DNA from: Octopus sinensis
Taxonomy: Eukaryota
DNA length: 64,000 nt
Assembly: GCF_006345805.1 (NCBI RefSeq)
Contig: NC_043012.1
Location: 15,562,001 to 15,626,000 of the forward strand
Reading direction: 5' to 3'
Position 1 is the first letter of the stretch, and every line of letters begins with the position of its first letter. This document shows, piece by piece, positions 34,990 through 49,869 of the stretch. The position numbers and the translations under genes are program-made. The notes under the pieces were generated by a model. It had not been told where the DNA came from, did no database searches, and saw only the letters and a list, made by a program, of their open reading frames with translations.

Positions 34990-37330
34990 CGGGGTCAGCC
35001 AGGTCGCACTGGCAACACCCACACTCGAATGGTACTTTTTACATACCACTGATGCAGGAGCCAGTCAGGCGGCACTGGCATTGACCATGACAATGATTCC
35101 GCTTGACCCAACAAGTCTTCTCAAGCACAGCATATTGCCTGATGATTAAAGGGTACTTTTAAATGGGCCAATTATGTGACACTGGCATTGGTTGCAGATA
35201 CAGTCTCACTTGGCTTGCCGGGACTTCCCAAACACTGCATATCTCCAAAGATCTCGGTCACTTGTCATTACTTCTGTGAGGCTCAATGTTTGAAGGTTGT
35301 GCTTCATCCCAAGTATTCCTGAGTCTACTTCTTCCACAAGTTCCGTCCACTGTTTGGGTGTGACACTTCTTCACGCAGCTGTCTTCATCCATAGGCAATA
35401 CATGACCATACCAGCGCAGTTGTCTTTCTTGCACACCACATCTGATACTTCTTTCTCTCAGGGCACTTACACTCTGCCGTGTATGCACACTGACATTACA
35501 CATCCAACAGAGCACACTAGCTTCATTTCTTTCAAGCCTATGCAAGTCCTCAGCAGTCATAGCCCATGTTTCACTGCTGTATAACATGGCTGTTTGCACA
35601 CATACATCATATTGTCTACCTTTCACTCTGAGTGAGAAGCCCTTTCTTACCAGCAGAGGTAGGAGCTCTCTGAACTTTGACCAGGCTCTTCTTATTCTAG
35701 AAGCTGTGCTCTCAGAGCATCCACCCCTGCTACTGACTTGGTTACCTAGGTAATGGAAGCTATCAACTATTTCTAGTTTTTCCTCCTGGCATGTGATGGA
35801 ATCTGTTTTCTGTACATCTTTGGTGTTTATTGTCCCTGTGCATCTGCCACACACAAAAACTATCTTCCCAGTTAACCTTCCTTTGATATTACTGTACCTT
35901 TTATATGTCCATAGCTTACACTGGGTACATCTTATGGAGTGTCTATCTACACTTTTTCTGCAGATTGAGCAGGGCTCTCTACCTGAAGGGATTTGTAATT
36001 TGTCTGCCTTACTGCTTACTAAGACTTTGGTTTTTGCTAGATTCACTCTAAGATCCTTTGATTCTAGACCTTGCTTCCACATCTGAAACTTCTCCTCTAG
36101 TTCTGGTAGTGACTCAGCTATAAGAGCATGATCATAAGCATAGAGGAGCTCCCAGGGGCAGCCTGTCTTGAATTCCTCTGTTATTGCCTGGAGGACTATG
36201 ATAAATAAGAGGAGGTTGAGGACTGAGCCATGGTGAACCCTTACTTCTACCTGGAACATAGTTGTTGCCAACCCTTGCCTTACTGACAGCATCCCTGTAT
36301 ATGGCTTGTACAACTCACACCAACCACTCATCTATCCTTAGTTTCAGCTTTGACCACCAGATAAGAGATCAGGGGACCCTGTCAAAGGCTTTTTCCATGT
36401 CATTGAAAGCCAAATACAGAGGTTTCTCTTTGGCTAGGAATTTTTCCTGCACCTGTCTTACCAGAAATATAGCATCAGTGGTGCTTCTCCCTGGCAAAAA
36501 CCCAAACTGCATCTTGTCTAAACTAACTTTCTCCCTAATTAGTTGGGCTATGACCCTTTCCGTGATTTTCATCACCTGGTCCAACAATTTGATATCTCTA
36601 ATTATTCCTATCTAATGCATCACCTTTACCATTATAGCAGTTGACTATAATATTGCTACACCAGTCATTGGGTATGACTCCTTCATGTACCACCTGGTTG
36701 ACTAGACTATAGCCTACACCACCAGATGTTGTAAGCATCTCTGCAGTGACTCCTGATGGACTGGAGGCTTTCCCTGTCTTCATACCTTTAATTGCTTTAT
36801 TTACCAAGGTACTATCAATTCGAATAGCTGGTCCCTCTGTTGGGTCGACAATTGACAGACTCTCTTTCTTCCATTCATTCTCTTCATTTAGCAATCTTTC
36901 ATAGTAGCATCTCCAAGTCTCTTTCTTTGCAACATCATTGAATGCAAGTGAGCCATCCTCCATACAGACGCATTACTCTCCTATGACATCACAATTCTCT
37001 CTCATAGTCTTGCAGTACAAAATACTTCAAATCCTTCTTGATGCAGAACATTGGCTAATTTTTTCTTATCTGCTTCCCATCTGGCTAAGTAAATCTGTCC
37101 CTTAGGTTCCCTTCTGTCACTCTGATACTGTTCCCTGCTACCACTGCACTTTCAGTCCTTCCATGCCCGTTTCTTTTCCCTAATGGCCCTTTCAACTACA
37201 TGTTGCACCAACATGTTACCTAAGGTCAAAAGGGGACTTTACACCAGCCACAGATCTGGTTGGTAGCCCTCAACAGATTGTCCTGTAGGAGCTTCCAGTT
37301 GTCCTCCACATACAATACTATATCCTCTTT
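34990..37330 (-). mobile_element. RTE-clade LINE, 5'-truncated, degraded reverse transcriptase
   Basis: ORF pieces contain FGFLPGRSTTDAIF, DMEKAFDRVP, HGSVLNLLLF, LLYAYD (decayed YADD) and LRWYGHV. Further fragments lie at about 39410-39630 and 40180-40520. Confidence 0.92.
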
Positions 37331-37669
37331 TTCATCAAAAGCTTCAAGTAATATGTCTCTAAATCTCTTATGCAAACTGAAAGAAGTGGGGTTCACAATC
37401 TCTAATGATTTCTGAGTGATCTCGTATTATGATAATATTAAAAACATTACACCCTAAAAACTATGATAATTTTTTTATCATCGTTGCCATCATTCAAAGT
37501 TCATTTTTCCATGTTTGTATAACTGAAACAGAGAGGTTATTTGTCGCAGATTTCCTAAGGCCGGATGCCCTTCCTGTCACCAACCCACATTTGTTTCCAA
37601 GCAAGGTAATATTTCCCCATAGCAAGCAGGTTATTGGAAACGAATGATGTTGCTTATATCATCACCGTC

Positions 37670-38130
37670 CAGCATCTGCTTTCCATGCTAGCATGGGTTG
37701 GACGGTTCAACTGGGGTCTGGGAAGCCAGAAGGCTGCACCAGGCCCAGTCTGATCTGGCAATGTTTCTACGGCTGGATGCCCTTCCTAACGCCAACCACT
37801 CCATGAGTGTAGTGGGTGCTTTTTATGTGCCACCGGCACAGGTGCCAGAGGAGGCTGGCAAACAGCCACGATCGGATGGTGCTTTTTAGGTGCCACCGGC
37901 ACGAAGCCAGTCGGGGTGGCGCTGGCAACAGCCATGTTCGGATGGTTCTCTTACGTACCACCAGCACTGGTATCACAGCTGCAATTTCCATTGATGTTGA
38001 TCGATTTCGATTTTGATTTTGAATATGATTTTGAATATGATTTTCACTTGCCTCAATAGGTCTTCACAAGTAGAGTTTTGTGTCCCAAGAAGGAAAGGTA
38101 TGCATAAGTGGACTGGTTACATCCCAGATG
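37670..38130 (-). mobile_element. RTE-tail/SINE copy
   Basis: Reverse complement of the 22400-22960 sequence. Confidence 0.8.
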
Positions 38131-40630
38131 ATAGTGATATTCATTTACAACTATCATGCAACACACACACACACACACATATACAATACATACATATACA
38201 ATAGATTTATTCCAGGTTCCACCTCCCAAATCCACTCACAAGGCTTCGGTTGGCTCAGGGCTATAATAGAAGAAACTTATCCAAAGTGCCATGCAGTTGG
38301 ACTAAACCCAGAAGCATGTGGTAAGAAAATACTGCAGTCCTGATTAAATGTTGACCCCCCCCCCCACTCCCTTGTACAGAGGTTTGATGCTGTGGTTACA
38401 CACAAATGTAACCCCAGCATCTAAAAGAAGATGTAGTGAGGACACTTGAGTAATTTGCAAGGATTTGTGTAGGAAGGGCATCCAGCTGTAAAAAACCATG
38501 CTAAAAGAGACAACGGAGCTAGGTGCATTCCTCTGGCTTGCCAGCTCCTGTCAAACTGTCCAACCCATGCCAGCATAGAAAATGGACGTTACCCTAACCC
38601 TACGGTTATTACATTGGGCATGCTGTACTTGTCTCTTCTATCGCTACTACAATGGTTGCTACTCTGAAATAGCAAGTTGCACACCACTTCTTATGCAGCC
38701 TCCTTGCTTTGCCTCTTTCATCCCCTGCTTTATCATTCTTCCTCAGTCCTATCGTTCTCTCAAATATCCTTGCTATCCAGATTTTTCCTGCAGATATTGG
38801 TGTTAAGATGTTCAAGCAGGGCTTCAGTTTCATCAATCCTCAAGAGCCTGAGTGCTTGTGTGACCTCCTTTGATTAAGTGGTACAAAAAGAATTTCTACC
38901 ATATCATTCCCATAATAATAATATTAGTAATAATAAGTGGAAGAAGTGCAGAAAATTGTTTCAATGGGAATGTTACACATCCTGAGAAGAACATTGTCAC
39001 TGTGAACTTTTTCCTTTTTCTATTATCTTTTTCTCTTTGTCCTTTTTCATTGTTTCTTTTTTCCTTCTCTCTTTTTCTTTTTTTTTCTGTGCTACATGAC
39101 CTTGTAAATGAACAATCTATTGTGTTTTTTTAATGACCTACCAATGTATATAGTGAGTTTCTTTGCCCTAGGTGTTTGGAAGACACACAACAAGAAATGG
39201 AAACAAATCTGAAAGAAAAACTCAATAATAATAATGATAATTTCAAATTTTGGCACAAGGCCAGCAATTTTAGAGGAGGGGGGTAAGTCCTACCTTAATC
39301 CCAGTACTCAAATGGTACTTATTTTATAGACCCGAAAAGGTTGAAAGACAGAGTCAACCTTGGTGGAATTTGAACTCAGAATGTAAGGATGGATGAAATG
39401 CTGCTAATATCACACATGCGTCGTACAGTCTACCTTTTACTCTGGAGCAAGAGGCCCTTTGTCACCAGCAGAGGTAAGAGCTCTCTGAACTTTGCCCAGG
39501 CTATTCCTATTCTAGCAGCTACACTTTCAGTGTACCCTCCCTGGCTACTGACTTGGTCACCTAGGTAACGGAAGCTTATATCTACTTCTAGTTTTTCTCC
39601 CTGGAATGTGGCGAAAGTTGTTCTCATTGTACAACCTCTTGTACAACCTAATTAAATATATGAGTGACTAGGCCTTACTCCATTCAGCCAAATATTTTAA
39701 GTATCTCTGTGGTAATTTCTGATGGGCCTGGGACTTACCCTGTTTTCATATCCTTAGCTTCTTTATATCTATCACACTTCTGTCAACTAGAATGGCTGGT
39801 CCCTCTGTTGGGTTCACATACAGAAGGCTCTCCTTCTCCCATGCATTCTACTAGTTAGAAGCCTTCCTTGTCTCTTTCTTTTCAGAATCACTGAGTGCAA
39901 GTGTACCAGCATCGCCTTACTGGCACCTGTGCCATTGGCATGTGGAAAAAATTCGAGTAAGGTCGTTGCCAGTGCCACCTGACTGGCCACCGTGCCGGTG
40001 GCACGTAAAAGCACCCACTACACTCTCGGAGTGGTTGGCATTAGGAAGGGCATCCTGCTGTAGAAACTCTGCCAGATCAAGATTGGAGCCTGGTGCAGCC
40101 ATCTGGTTCACCAGCCCTCAGTCAAACCATCCAACCCATGCCAGCATGAAGAGCGGATGTTAAACGACGATGATGATGACATCCACTTCTCACTCACATC
40201 TTGATCTCTCTGGTACACTGCCCTGCAATCCAGAATACCTCATACCTCTGGTCCTCATGCTTTAGAACATTGACAAATCTCTTCCTTTCTGCTTCTCCCC
40301 ATTGTTAAATATACCTGTTACTTAGCTTTTCTTCAAGCTACCTGACATAATTCTCTGCACCCTCATTCTTCTAATACCTCCAAGCCTGTCTCTTTGCTTT
40401 TAAGCTTCTCTCTACTTCACAGTTTCAGCACCATGTCCACTCTTGGTCTGATTTGGTACTTTGCACAAACTGCAGATTTGACCATAAGTAGATTGTCCCC
40501 TAAGAATTTCCAGTTGTCCTCTATATTATAAGTTTCTACCTCTTCCTCCTCCCCCAAAATAAAGTCACTGTCATTCGTCATCAAGGTAGTCTGCAAAAGA
40601 GTATCATAAGTAGTCATGTATATATTTATA

Positions 40631-40823
40631 TATCTGTAAAATAATATGTGACAATATTCGGTAGCCAAGATAAAACTATGAGTTTCGGAGGCCGAGGTGG
40701 AAATCCACAACACCATCTCTTCGGTTATCTGAAGAGATGGTGTTGTGGATTTCCACCTCGGCATCCGAAACTCAGAGTTTTATCTTGGCTACCGAATAAT
40801 TGTCACTTATTATTTTACAGATA
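40631..40823. mobile_element. Palindromic repeat with a hammerhead-like motif on each arm
   Basis: Arms are inverted about 40727. Plus arm: CTGAAGA-GATG...CATC-C-GAA-ACT-cag-AGT-T-TTATC, with no stem I partner. Minus arm (40669-40729): GATAA/TTATC stem I with core CCGAAGA. Confidence 0.7.
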
Positions 40824-42161
40824 AATTTCCTCTATTTACATAATATTGAGGTCTCTTTCTTTCTTTTATCTTACCATTTTTACCAATATATATATATATA
40901 TATTTTTTTGTGTCCCTTTTCACTTGTTTCACCCATTAGACTGCAGCTATCCTGGAGCACCATCCTGAAAAATTTTATTTGAATGAATTAACCACCCCTA
41001 GCACTTTTTTTAAAAGTCTGGTACTTACTTTATTAATGTTATGGAGGTCATAAACACACCAGCTCCAGTTGTCAAGGGGTGGTGGGGAACAGGCAGAGAC
41101 ACAACAATACACACACACACACACACACACACGCACAGAGTATAGTATAACGACAGTTGTGAATAGCCGATGCCCCATCCACAGTTGAGTGTGATATGAT
41201 GGCTAGAAGGACATACCCTGAACCTAAAAAATGAATAGCCCTCCCTAACAAACTAACATATACCATATCCAATGTACGCAGCAGAACACCAGCAATACAA
41301 CCATAAAAATGAATATGTGAACAGTTAAGGACTCTTCATTAGAGGCGAGGCACCACTTGAAATCAAAACTACAGCACACCTAGCCAATAAAATGAACCAA
41401 AGACCATGCAAAAACACTAATCTTAATCTTGATCCAAATAGACTGAACCCTAACTTCAGACAGTGACTGGTTTGAATCAGAGGCGAATCACACAAGCCTG
41501 CAAGCAGATCAGGTTTCAGTTTCACATAGCCTCCACCACCACCACCATCACCACCTTCCCCCTGAACATTAATAAAAAAACTAACTCCACTCAGTTTGCT
41601 TTGTGACCTGCCAAATGGATAGATCCTGAAGAAGCTGCATCGATGATAGTAACAGGTTGCTTCTGCAACTGCAAGTAGCCTGTGCAGCGGAAATACATGT
41701 AGGTCATTATGATATGCTGTAAAAAATTGTAAAATATGAGAAAATAGATCTTGAGGACGAACAAGTCAGCATATTCTTTATAATTATTTCTAATATATAC
41801 TCCAGACAATATTAGCATCCAGTGAAGTGAACACGAAATTAGCCATCAGAGGAATTCCCAGAGTGATTGACAACTAATAGCAGCTACAGACATTAAATAC
41901 TGATTGGTGTTATTAGCTGTAAACTGGAAATTAACTATGAGTCACCATGGTATCCACCTGGATAATATAACCCCACAAACTAATATCATCATCATCATCA
42001 TCATCATCATTTAGCGTCCGCTTTCCATGCTAGCATGGGTTGGACGGTTCAACTGGGGTCTGAGAGGCCAGAAGGCTGCACCAGGCCCAGTCTGATCTGG
42101 CAATGTTCTATGTGTGTGTATATATGTATATACACACACACATATATATTATATATATATA

Positions 42162-42261
42162 NNNNNNNNNNNNNNNNNNNNNNNNNNNNNNNNNNNNNNN
42201 NNNNNNNNNNNNNNNNNNNNNNNNNNNNNNNNNNNNNNNNNNNNNNNNNNNNNNNNNNNNN
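42162..42261. other. Assembly gap (100 N)
   Basis: N run flanked by (TA)n. Confidence 1.
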
Positions 42262-43160
42262 ATATATTATATATAATTATTGAAGTAGATAAATGAATTA
42301 TCTTATTACGGATAATTCAAATGATAACCGATACCTGGGTAGCAAAAATCACAACAGAAAAAGCACGTTTGAGGTTACGACCATGGGGCCTATTAGGGAC
42401 TTTGCAGCCTTTGACATATGTAAAAATAATAAAAAGATTTTGTTAAATCTTCGTTCAACTCCATTTCCTTCCTACACTAAATATATATATATATATGATA
42501 TATGTATATATTATATAATTAACAATTGAGGATAAAATCTTTAAAAGAAATTATCAGTAGTCCACGTGAAAAACCTCGTAAGAGAAAAAATCCGTAAATT
42601 CTTCCTGTTTGAAAATATTCATTTATATTATATTGAGGGTACTACTATTCATAGATACCAACATGCTAAGAGGGACCAATGCGGTCAAAACTACTAAAAA
42701 TAAACAAAATTTTAACCGAATGCAAAACTTCAAAACACATCAATTAAAAAGAATTCAGTTACATATCACATGTGTTTCGCATTTAATGCAGAATATGCAT
42801 TTCATGTTCATCAGTGCAACAAACTCAAGAAATAGAAAAACATAACATTACAAACTCGATAGCCAACCGTAGAATTCGTCGTAGCATGTACGAATGTTTA
42901 TCCTTACATATCTATGAAAATGGCGGGCTTTTTTGCAATGCATTTCGGTAATAATTGCCTAGTTGGAATAAAAATTCAGTATTGAACCTATTCCGGTGAA
43001 AAATATAAATTAACAATTGAGGATAAAATCTTTAAAAAAAGAATTATAGTAGTCAGCGTGAAAAACCTCGTAAGAGAAAAAATCCGTAAATCTTCCTCTT
43101 GAAAATATTCATTTATATTATATTGAGGGTACTACTATGAATAGTAGTACCCTCAATATA

Positions 43161-43192
<32 letters not shown>

Positions 43193-43273
43193 TGATAGAA
43201 ATGATAAGACAACAAAAGAATGACAGAGGAATTTATTTGTAAAAGTAATATGTGACAATTATTCGGTAGCTAC

Positions 43274-43334
43274 GATAAAACTCCGAGTTTCGGATGTCAG
43301 GCCGGAAACCCATGCTGCCATGTCTTCAGTTATC
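43274..43334 (-). ncRNA. Hammerhead-like motif in inverted repeat 43237-43450
   Basis: GATAA-CTGAAGA-cATG...CATC-C-GAA-ACT-cgg-AGT-T-TTATC. The core is intact but stem II is weak. Confidence 0.5.
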
Positions 43335-43456
43335 CGGCCATCGGAAAAACTGCTATGAAAATGACCATTAAGCAAAGTTTCTGCCCCGACATCCGAAACT
43401 CGGAGTTTTATCATGGCTACCGAATAATTGTCACATATTACTTTTGCAGACATATG

Positions 43457-43501
<45 letters not shown>

Positions 43502-44449
43502 ATATATATGACAGACTTCTTTCAGTTTCCGTCTACCAAATCCACTCACATGGCTTTGGTCAGCTTGGGGTTATAGTAGAAGACATTCACCGAAGGTGCC
43601 ACACAGTGGAACTGAACTCTGAACCACGTAGTTGGGAAGCAAGCTTCTTACCACACAGCCATGCCTGCACCTATGAATATTTATTTTACTGTTTATTAAA
43701 CGGCAATGAGAAACCTGTGCTGTGTTTAATTAATCATTTTCCATTATAGTTTGCCGTGTGTAATAAATCATAAAAGTGAAAATTCAGTCCGTGTATATGT
43801 GTATGTAAGTGATAGAGGGAAAGAGAGAGAGAGAGAGAGAAATAAGAAAGTGCCATAGAATGACTTATACCAATTTACCGTTGCTGTGTTTTGGTGTTAG
43901 AGAAATGCAGTTGTAAAGCAAGTGTAGGTTGCTGTAAATGCCTTGTACAGTTTCGCTGTACCATAGCATGAGAAAACAAGTTGTTTCTATTGTTGGCTAG
44001 ATCTGATCAGGTTTGTTGAAGGAGGCCTTTTGCTATAGAACTACCTAACCAAGCAATGATTTGACAAGTGTTCTAGCTGTTCTTAACATGAGATTATCGT
44101 AATTTAAACAGGTGTTTGCTATTGCAAATACAGATCTGGCTGCCAGTTGATATAGGCTGGGGTTTTATATTTATACATAATGCGTAAATGAGTTTGATTT
44201 CTTGTGATTTTTTTTTTAAGTAGCAGCAATTACATTACCGAGTGTAATAAATGAGTGAGGGTAAAGAGTTATTTTGCCATTAATTTATAGAGCAATAAGA
44301 AGATGGAGGGGATCAATAGGTGGTATTCATCAACTTTTAGACATTTTATTATTTATTATTAAAATATATAAACAAACTAATATTTTTATTGAAAGAACCA
44401 GGTTATTCATAATTATATAATTCAAAACAACTTTAATAACTAAAGGTGT

Positions 44450-45020
44450 GGTTGTGGCTGTGTGGTACGAATTTTGCTTCCTAATCACATGATTCTGGGT
44501 TCAGTTCCACTGCATGGCATCTTGGGGAATTGTTTTCTACTTGGGCTGACCAAAGCCTTGTGAATGAATTTGGTTGAACCAGAAAGAAGCTGATCGTATA
44601 TGTGTGCCTTTGTGTTTGGGTTTGTCCCCCACCACTGCTTGACAGACAGTGTTAGTTTGTTTACATCCCCATACCCTAGCAGTTCGGCAAAAGAGACCAA
44701 TAGAATATGTATCAATGTGCATCTGTGTTTGTTCTCCCCACCCCGCCCCACCTCTGCCTGATGACCAGTGCAGGTATGTTTTTGACCCTGTAACTTTGCA
44801 ATTTGGCAAAAGAGACCAATAGAATAAGTGTGAGACCCCCTTCGGTCATGACTGACCATGGAATTGCACCTAGAAAGTTACCCTCCCAGGCACAAGTCCG
44901 GGCAATAGAATAAGTACAAGGCTTTAAAAAATGTACAAGTACTGGGCTTGATTCATTTGACTAAAAATTCAAGGTGGTACCCCAGCATGGCCACAGTCTA
45001 ATGACTGAAACAGGTAAATG
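44450..45020 (+). mobile_element. tRNA-derived SINE with a nested SINE fragment
   Basis: Head gtggctgtgtggta...gggttcagttccac. An inverted tail of the 15868 family sits at about 44835-44905. Confidence 0.7.
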
Positions 45021-45341
45021 ATAATTTCAGCTTACGATCTGTAGCTGAGCTCTAAATGATTGTTTAAATGAATAAACAATGACTTACAGTCATGATAACA
45101 ATAGTATTCAGTATTTACATTGAAAACATACATCTGACTAAGTAAATGCAGCTCTGTACTTCCTGTGGACATTTAATACTTGCTCTTTTGCTTTTGATTG
45201 ACCCTAACCTCTGTCAATGTCACCTTACTGTTTATCACATGATGCTGAGGCAAGGAGACAGTAACACGTGCACATCTATGTACTCACACACACACAAACA
45301 TGATGGACTTTCTCAGTTTCTGTCTGTTTACCGAATCCACT

Positions 45342-45375
<34 letters not shown>

Positions 45376-45810
45376 ATATATATGATGATATATATATTAT
45401 GACACTCCTGTCACAACCTGGGACCTTGAAGACTGCTTAATGCAAGAAAGTATACTAGTCCCTTAATATTTTATATTCAATATTTCATCTCTTCAATAAG
45501 ACAATCAATACTTCATTTCATTTTACTATATATTCTATATTCTACATTAATATTATAAAGAATATAAATTAAACATAAAAAACTGACAGAGTTGGAATTC
45601 CTTTGAATAATATATATATACATATATAAAATACCATTATCTATTCCATCTTGCATTTATCTTATAATCCAAAGTTTCAGCCTTGTTTTCAGTTCTTTTG
45701 CATAATAAATTCAGATGGTTCCATAAGTTACACATTTTCCTCTTAGTAAATTCTCTTTTTCAAATGTGAGGAATTGCAAGAGTGACTTGTCACTATACTT
45801 TCTTTTTCAC

Positions 45811-46155
45811 CGCTTACCAACCACATGGTTCTGGGTTCAGTCCCACTGAGTGGCACCTTGGGCAAGTATCTTCTACTATAACCTCGGGCCGACCAAAGCC
45901 TTGTGAGTGGATTTGGTAGACGGAAACTGAATGAAGCCCATTGTATATATATATGTAAGTGTGTGCATATATGTTTGTGTGTCTGTGTTTGTCCCCACCC
46001 CCAACATCGCTTGACAACCGATGCGGTTCGGCAAAAGAGACCAATAGAATAAGTACTAGGCTTACAAAGAATAAGTCCTGGGGTTGATTTGCTCGACTAA
46101 AGGTGGTGCTCCAGCATGGCCACACAGTCAAATGATTGAAACAAGTAAAAGAGTT
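45811..46155 (+). mobile_element. tRNA-derived SINE
   Basis: Same family as the inverted copies at 58250-58600, 57500-57945 and 29430-29730. Confidence 0.8.
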
Positions 46156-47217
46156 ATCTAAAGAGTTTTTTCAAAATACTAAACCCACTAACTGCACCAC
46201 AGCTGCATGTCTTTTTAATAACTTCAGCAGGTTTTTCAAATGCTGCTCTATGTTTCTTGTTTTTCCTGGGTTGCATCTCTGCATTCTGCAAGTGCTAGAC
46301 AGAAGCTAACATCAGCTGTACTAACAAATTAGAATCTGTCCTGAATTTTATGCAGTCTTTTCAATTGCCATAGTTGACAAAAATTGTAATAATAGTAATT
46401 AAAATACCACTTATAAAGTAGTTACTAGTGAACTCTACTAGTAACTACATACCAGAAATGATTATGTAATTACACTACACTAATTGTATACAACAGTAAT
46501 TTAGTTCTTTTTTGATAATAAACTTGATGAACATGTAAGTTAATGTGTTTGTGAAGTGTGTATCAAAATGCATAATAATCAAGGACAAATTAATTTTCTT
46601 ACTATACAGTTGTGTACTTGATAATCTCTTAATTAGGAAACGTATCTCTAATTTGTGGCTGTGGTAAGAAGATTGCTTCCCAACTGCATGGTTCCGGGTT
46701 CACTCCTACTGTGTGGTACCTTGGGCTATGGCCTTGGACTGAGCAATGCCTTGTGAGTGGATTTGGAAGATGGAAACTGAAAGAAGCCATCATATATATA
46801 TATGAATGAATAAATCAATTAAACAATTTTAAGTAGAGATTGTTAACTTTAACAATACCCAGAAACAGGCTACAAATAAAGTTCTCTAATTGAGCTAATT
46901 TCCAATTTATGATTTCAGTTGAGGCAATAGCAGCAGAAAACTTAGATCATATCAACGTTTTATACATATTTTTATATCTGTTTGTATATCTATTTATGTA
47001 TTTATATATCTATAATGCCAACGTATTTTTAAAAATATTTTAAAATATTAAATATTTATATGTTCATATACTTGTGTGTTTTAGTGCTGTATTTGGAACT
47101 TTATATTGATTTATTAATGTCCAATGAAAGTGCACATATATATTGAATATTCTATTGGATAATAGGTCATATTCCTCTAGTTTTCTGCTGCTATTGGCTC
47201 TATGAAATCATAAATTG

Positions 47218-47297
<80 letters not shown>

Positions 47298-48467
47298 TAT
47301 ATGTATGTATGTATGTATATATATATAATAACAATTTAATAAATAAAACATATGCATACATACATACATATATGTACATACCTACATCTATATGTATATA
47401 TACATGCATATATGAGTACAGGACACCACAAATAAATGTAGAACACAACGAGAAACGAAAACATAAAACCAAATAAGGAAACGGACTGTTTTTAACAATG
47501 AAAAAACAGAGTACAAGACAAACAACACAAAGACGCCAACCCTGAAGGGGAGCTGGGGCTTCATAGATGAATTCTCCTGGTTGACGACGGAGGGCATGAT
47601 CCAGCCAACGCAGACGTCTCGTTAGGATGACTCATGATTGCGAGATTGTGGGTTCAATCCCCAGACTGGGCATTGCGTTGTGTTCTTGAGCAAAAGCACT
47701 TCATTTCACATTGCTCTTCTGTGATCATCTCGGTATCTGACATGTGGCACATGGTGCACCTGTACAGGTAACGTCGATTTGATGGAGGGAGTGAGCTTAT
47801 GTTTACACAAACATTTGATCACTATAAACGAATCATGTGTGTGGTGGTTCAACAAGAAATTGCCGAACCCTCATCCATCATCTAATGACAGGAGAGTCCA
47901 TGATATTTATATGTATTGAGAAAAAGGAGGCAGTCAGAATTTAGGATAATTCTTTATTAGCACTTTCATTCGAACTCAACAAGACAGAATCAAAATGGTA
48001 AAAACAGAACGTTTCATTGTTCATCTATAGGAATCAGATGTGTTTTGGTTTGTTTTGAAGAGGAGAAAAATATTTTTGTATTTTTGGAAAAAGGAGAAAG
48101 AAAAGCAAAGAGGGGGGGGGGGGGTGAGAAAATAGAGAGATTTCAGGACAATCAAGAAAGAGGAAAAAAATAAAGGGTAGAGAAAGGATAAATAAAGAGA
48201 CAGTTAGATAGACAGAGAAAGAGAGAGAGGGGATTCTTTTCAATCTGATGTTGTCAACCCATTGAAATTACATTACAAAGCATTTTCCTTTGTTCCTTTT
48301 TTTTTTCACAAGGGCTTTTGTTTATTTACAAATATGTTGACAGGTAAGAAACGAGAAAGGAAAGAGGAGGAAGAAAAAGGAAAAAAGAAAGAAAGGAAAA
48401 TGCTTTGTAATGAAATTTCAATGGGTTGACTACATCAGATTGAAAAGAACCCCCTCCCTCTCTCTCC

Positions 48468-48514
<47 letters not shown>

Positions 48515-48791
48515 GATGATGATGATGATATATATGAGGAGACCCTCTTCAGTCATGAATGACCATGGGATTGCACCTAGAAAGTTACCCTCCGAGGCAC
48601 AAGTCTAAGGCAAGGTTGTTTGTGAAAGGCCAGCAGTCGCCCATGCATACCGACCTCCCCTCTCCACACCACTGATGTTATCCAAGGGAAAGGTAAGGAC
48701 CAATACAGTTTGGCACCAGTGACATTGCAACTCATTTCTACAGCTGAGTGAACTGGAGCAATGTGAAATAAAGTGTCTTGCTCAAAAAACA

Positions 48792-49020
48792 CAACACACA
48801 ACCCGGTCCATGAATCAAACTCACAACCTCACGATTGCAAGCTCGATGCCCTAACCACTGGGATTTTTTCAGTTTCTGTCTACCAAATCCACTCACTAGG
48901 TTTTGGTCAGCCCTAGTGAGTGGATTTGGTAGACAGAAACTGAAAAAATCCCAGTGGTTAGGGCATCGAGCTTGCAATCGTGAGGTTGTGAGTTCGATTC
49001 ATGGACCGGGCTGTGTGTTG
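48792..49020. repeat. Near-perfect palindrome with 109-bp arms
   Basis: 48792-48900 vs 48912-49020, 2 mismatches, 11-nt loop. Confidence 0.92.
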
Positions 49021-49869
49021 TAGACAGAAACTGGCACCTGTGCAGTGGCATGTAAAACTCCAATTACACTCTCTGAGTGGTTTGCGTTAGGAAGGGCATC
49101 CAGCCCTAGAAACCATGACTGACCAGTCTTGAGTCTGGTGCAGCCCCTCAGTTTACAATCTCTGGTCAAACCTGACGCATGCCAGCATGGACAATGGATG
49201 TTAAATGATGATGATGATGATGATGACATCATTGGAATCTCAAAGCTATGAGATAATGCATGATTAATTCCAAATGATGTGAATAAATAAACATTATAAT
49301 CTGAATGCTATAGGGTTAAATTGGAACATCTCTGCCTGGTCTCTTTCAATAGCAAAAATTCAATCATTATAATAATCTAAGAAACAGACTTGGTCATTAT
49401 AATTCCTAAGCTTGTGCATACAATAATTCTGGAATGCCAATTTCCTTTCGCTCTGCGTATCTTTGTTGCAGAATATTAGTGATAGAATTGTTGACATTTT
49501 CTAGTACTGAATTCCTTGTTGTTTTTATCAGCACTCCATATATGGCATTGCAGTCTTTCTGGAACTGGTAACATTATCAGGTCTCTGGATTGCGTCAGAT
49601 ATTTACTTACTATTTAGTGCAGTTAGTGAAACAGTTATTCTAATATCTGCTGACACGCCTCTCAAATATTGACATTACACTGAATCTCTTACAAACGACA
49701 AATACCACAAGAGACTTCATTAACATACTCCATTTAAAACTGTTAGTTTTACATTGTCATAGCTTCACTTCTGTTTAAAAAGTGACACAACCTCTCTCCA
49801 AGTTTTTCAGCTGTGTTGAGATATATAACTTATGGTATTTTCTATGGCCACTGTTTTTGAAAACCTCCA

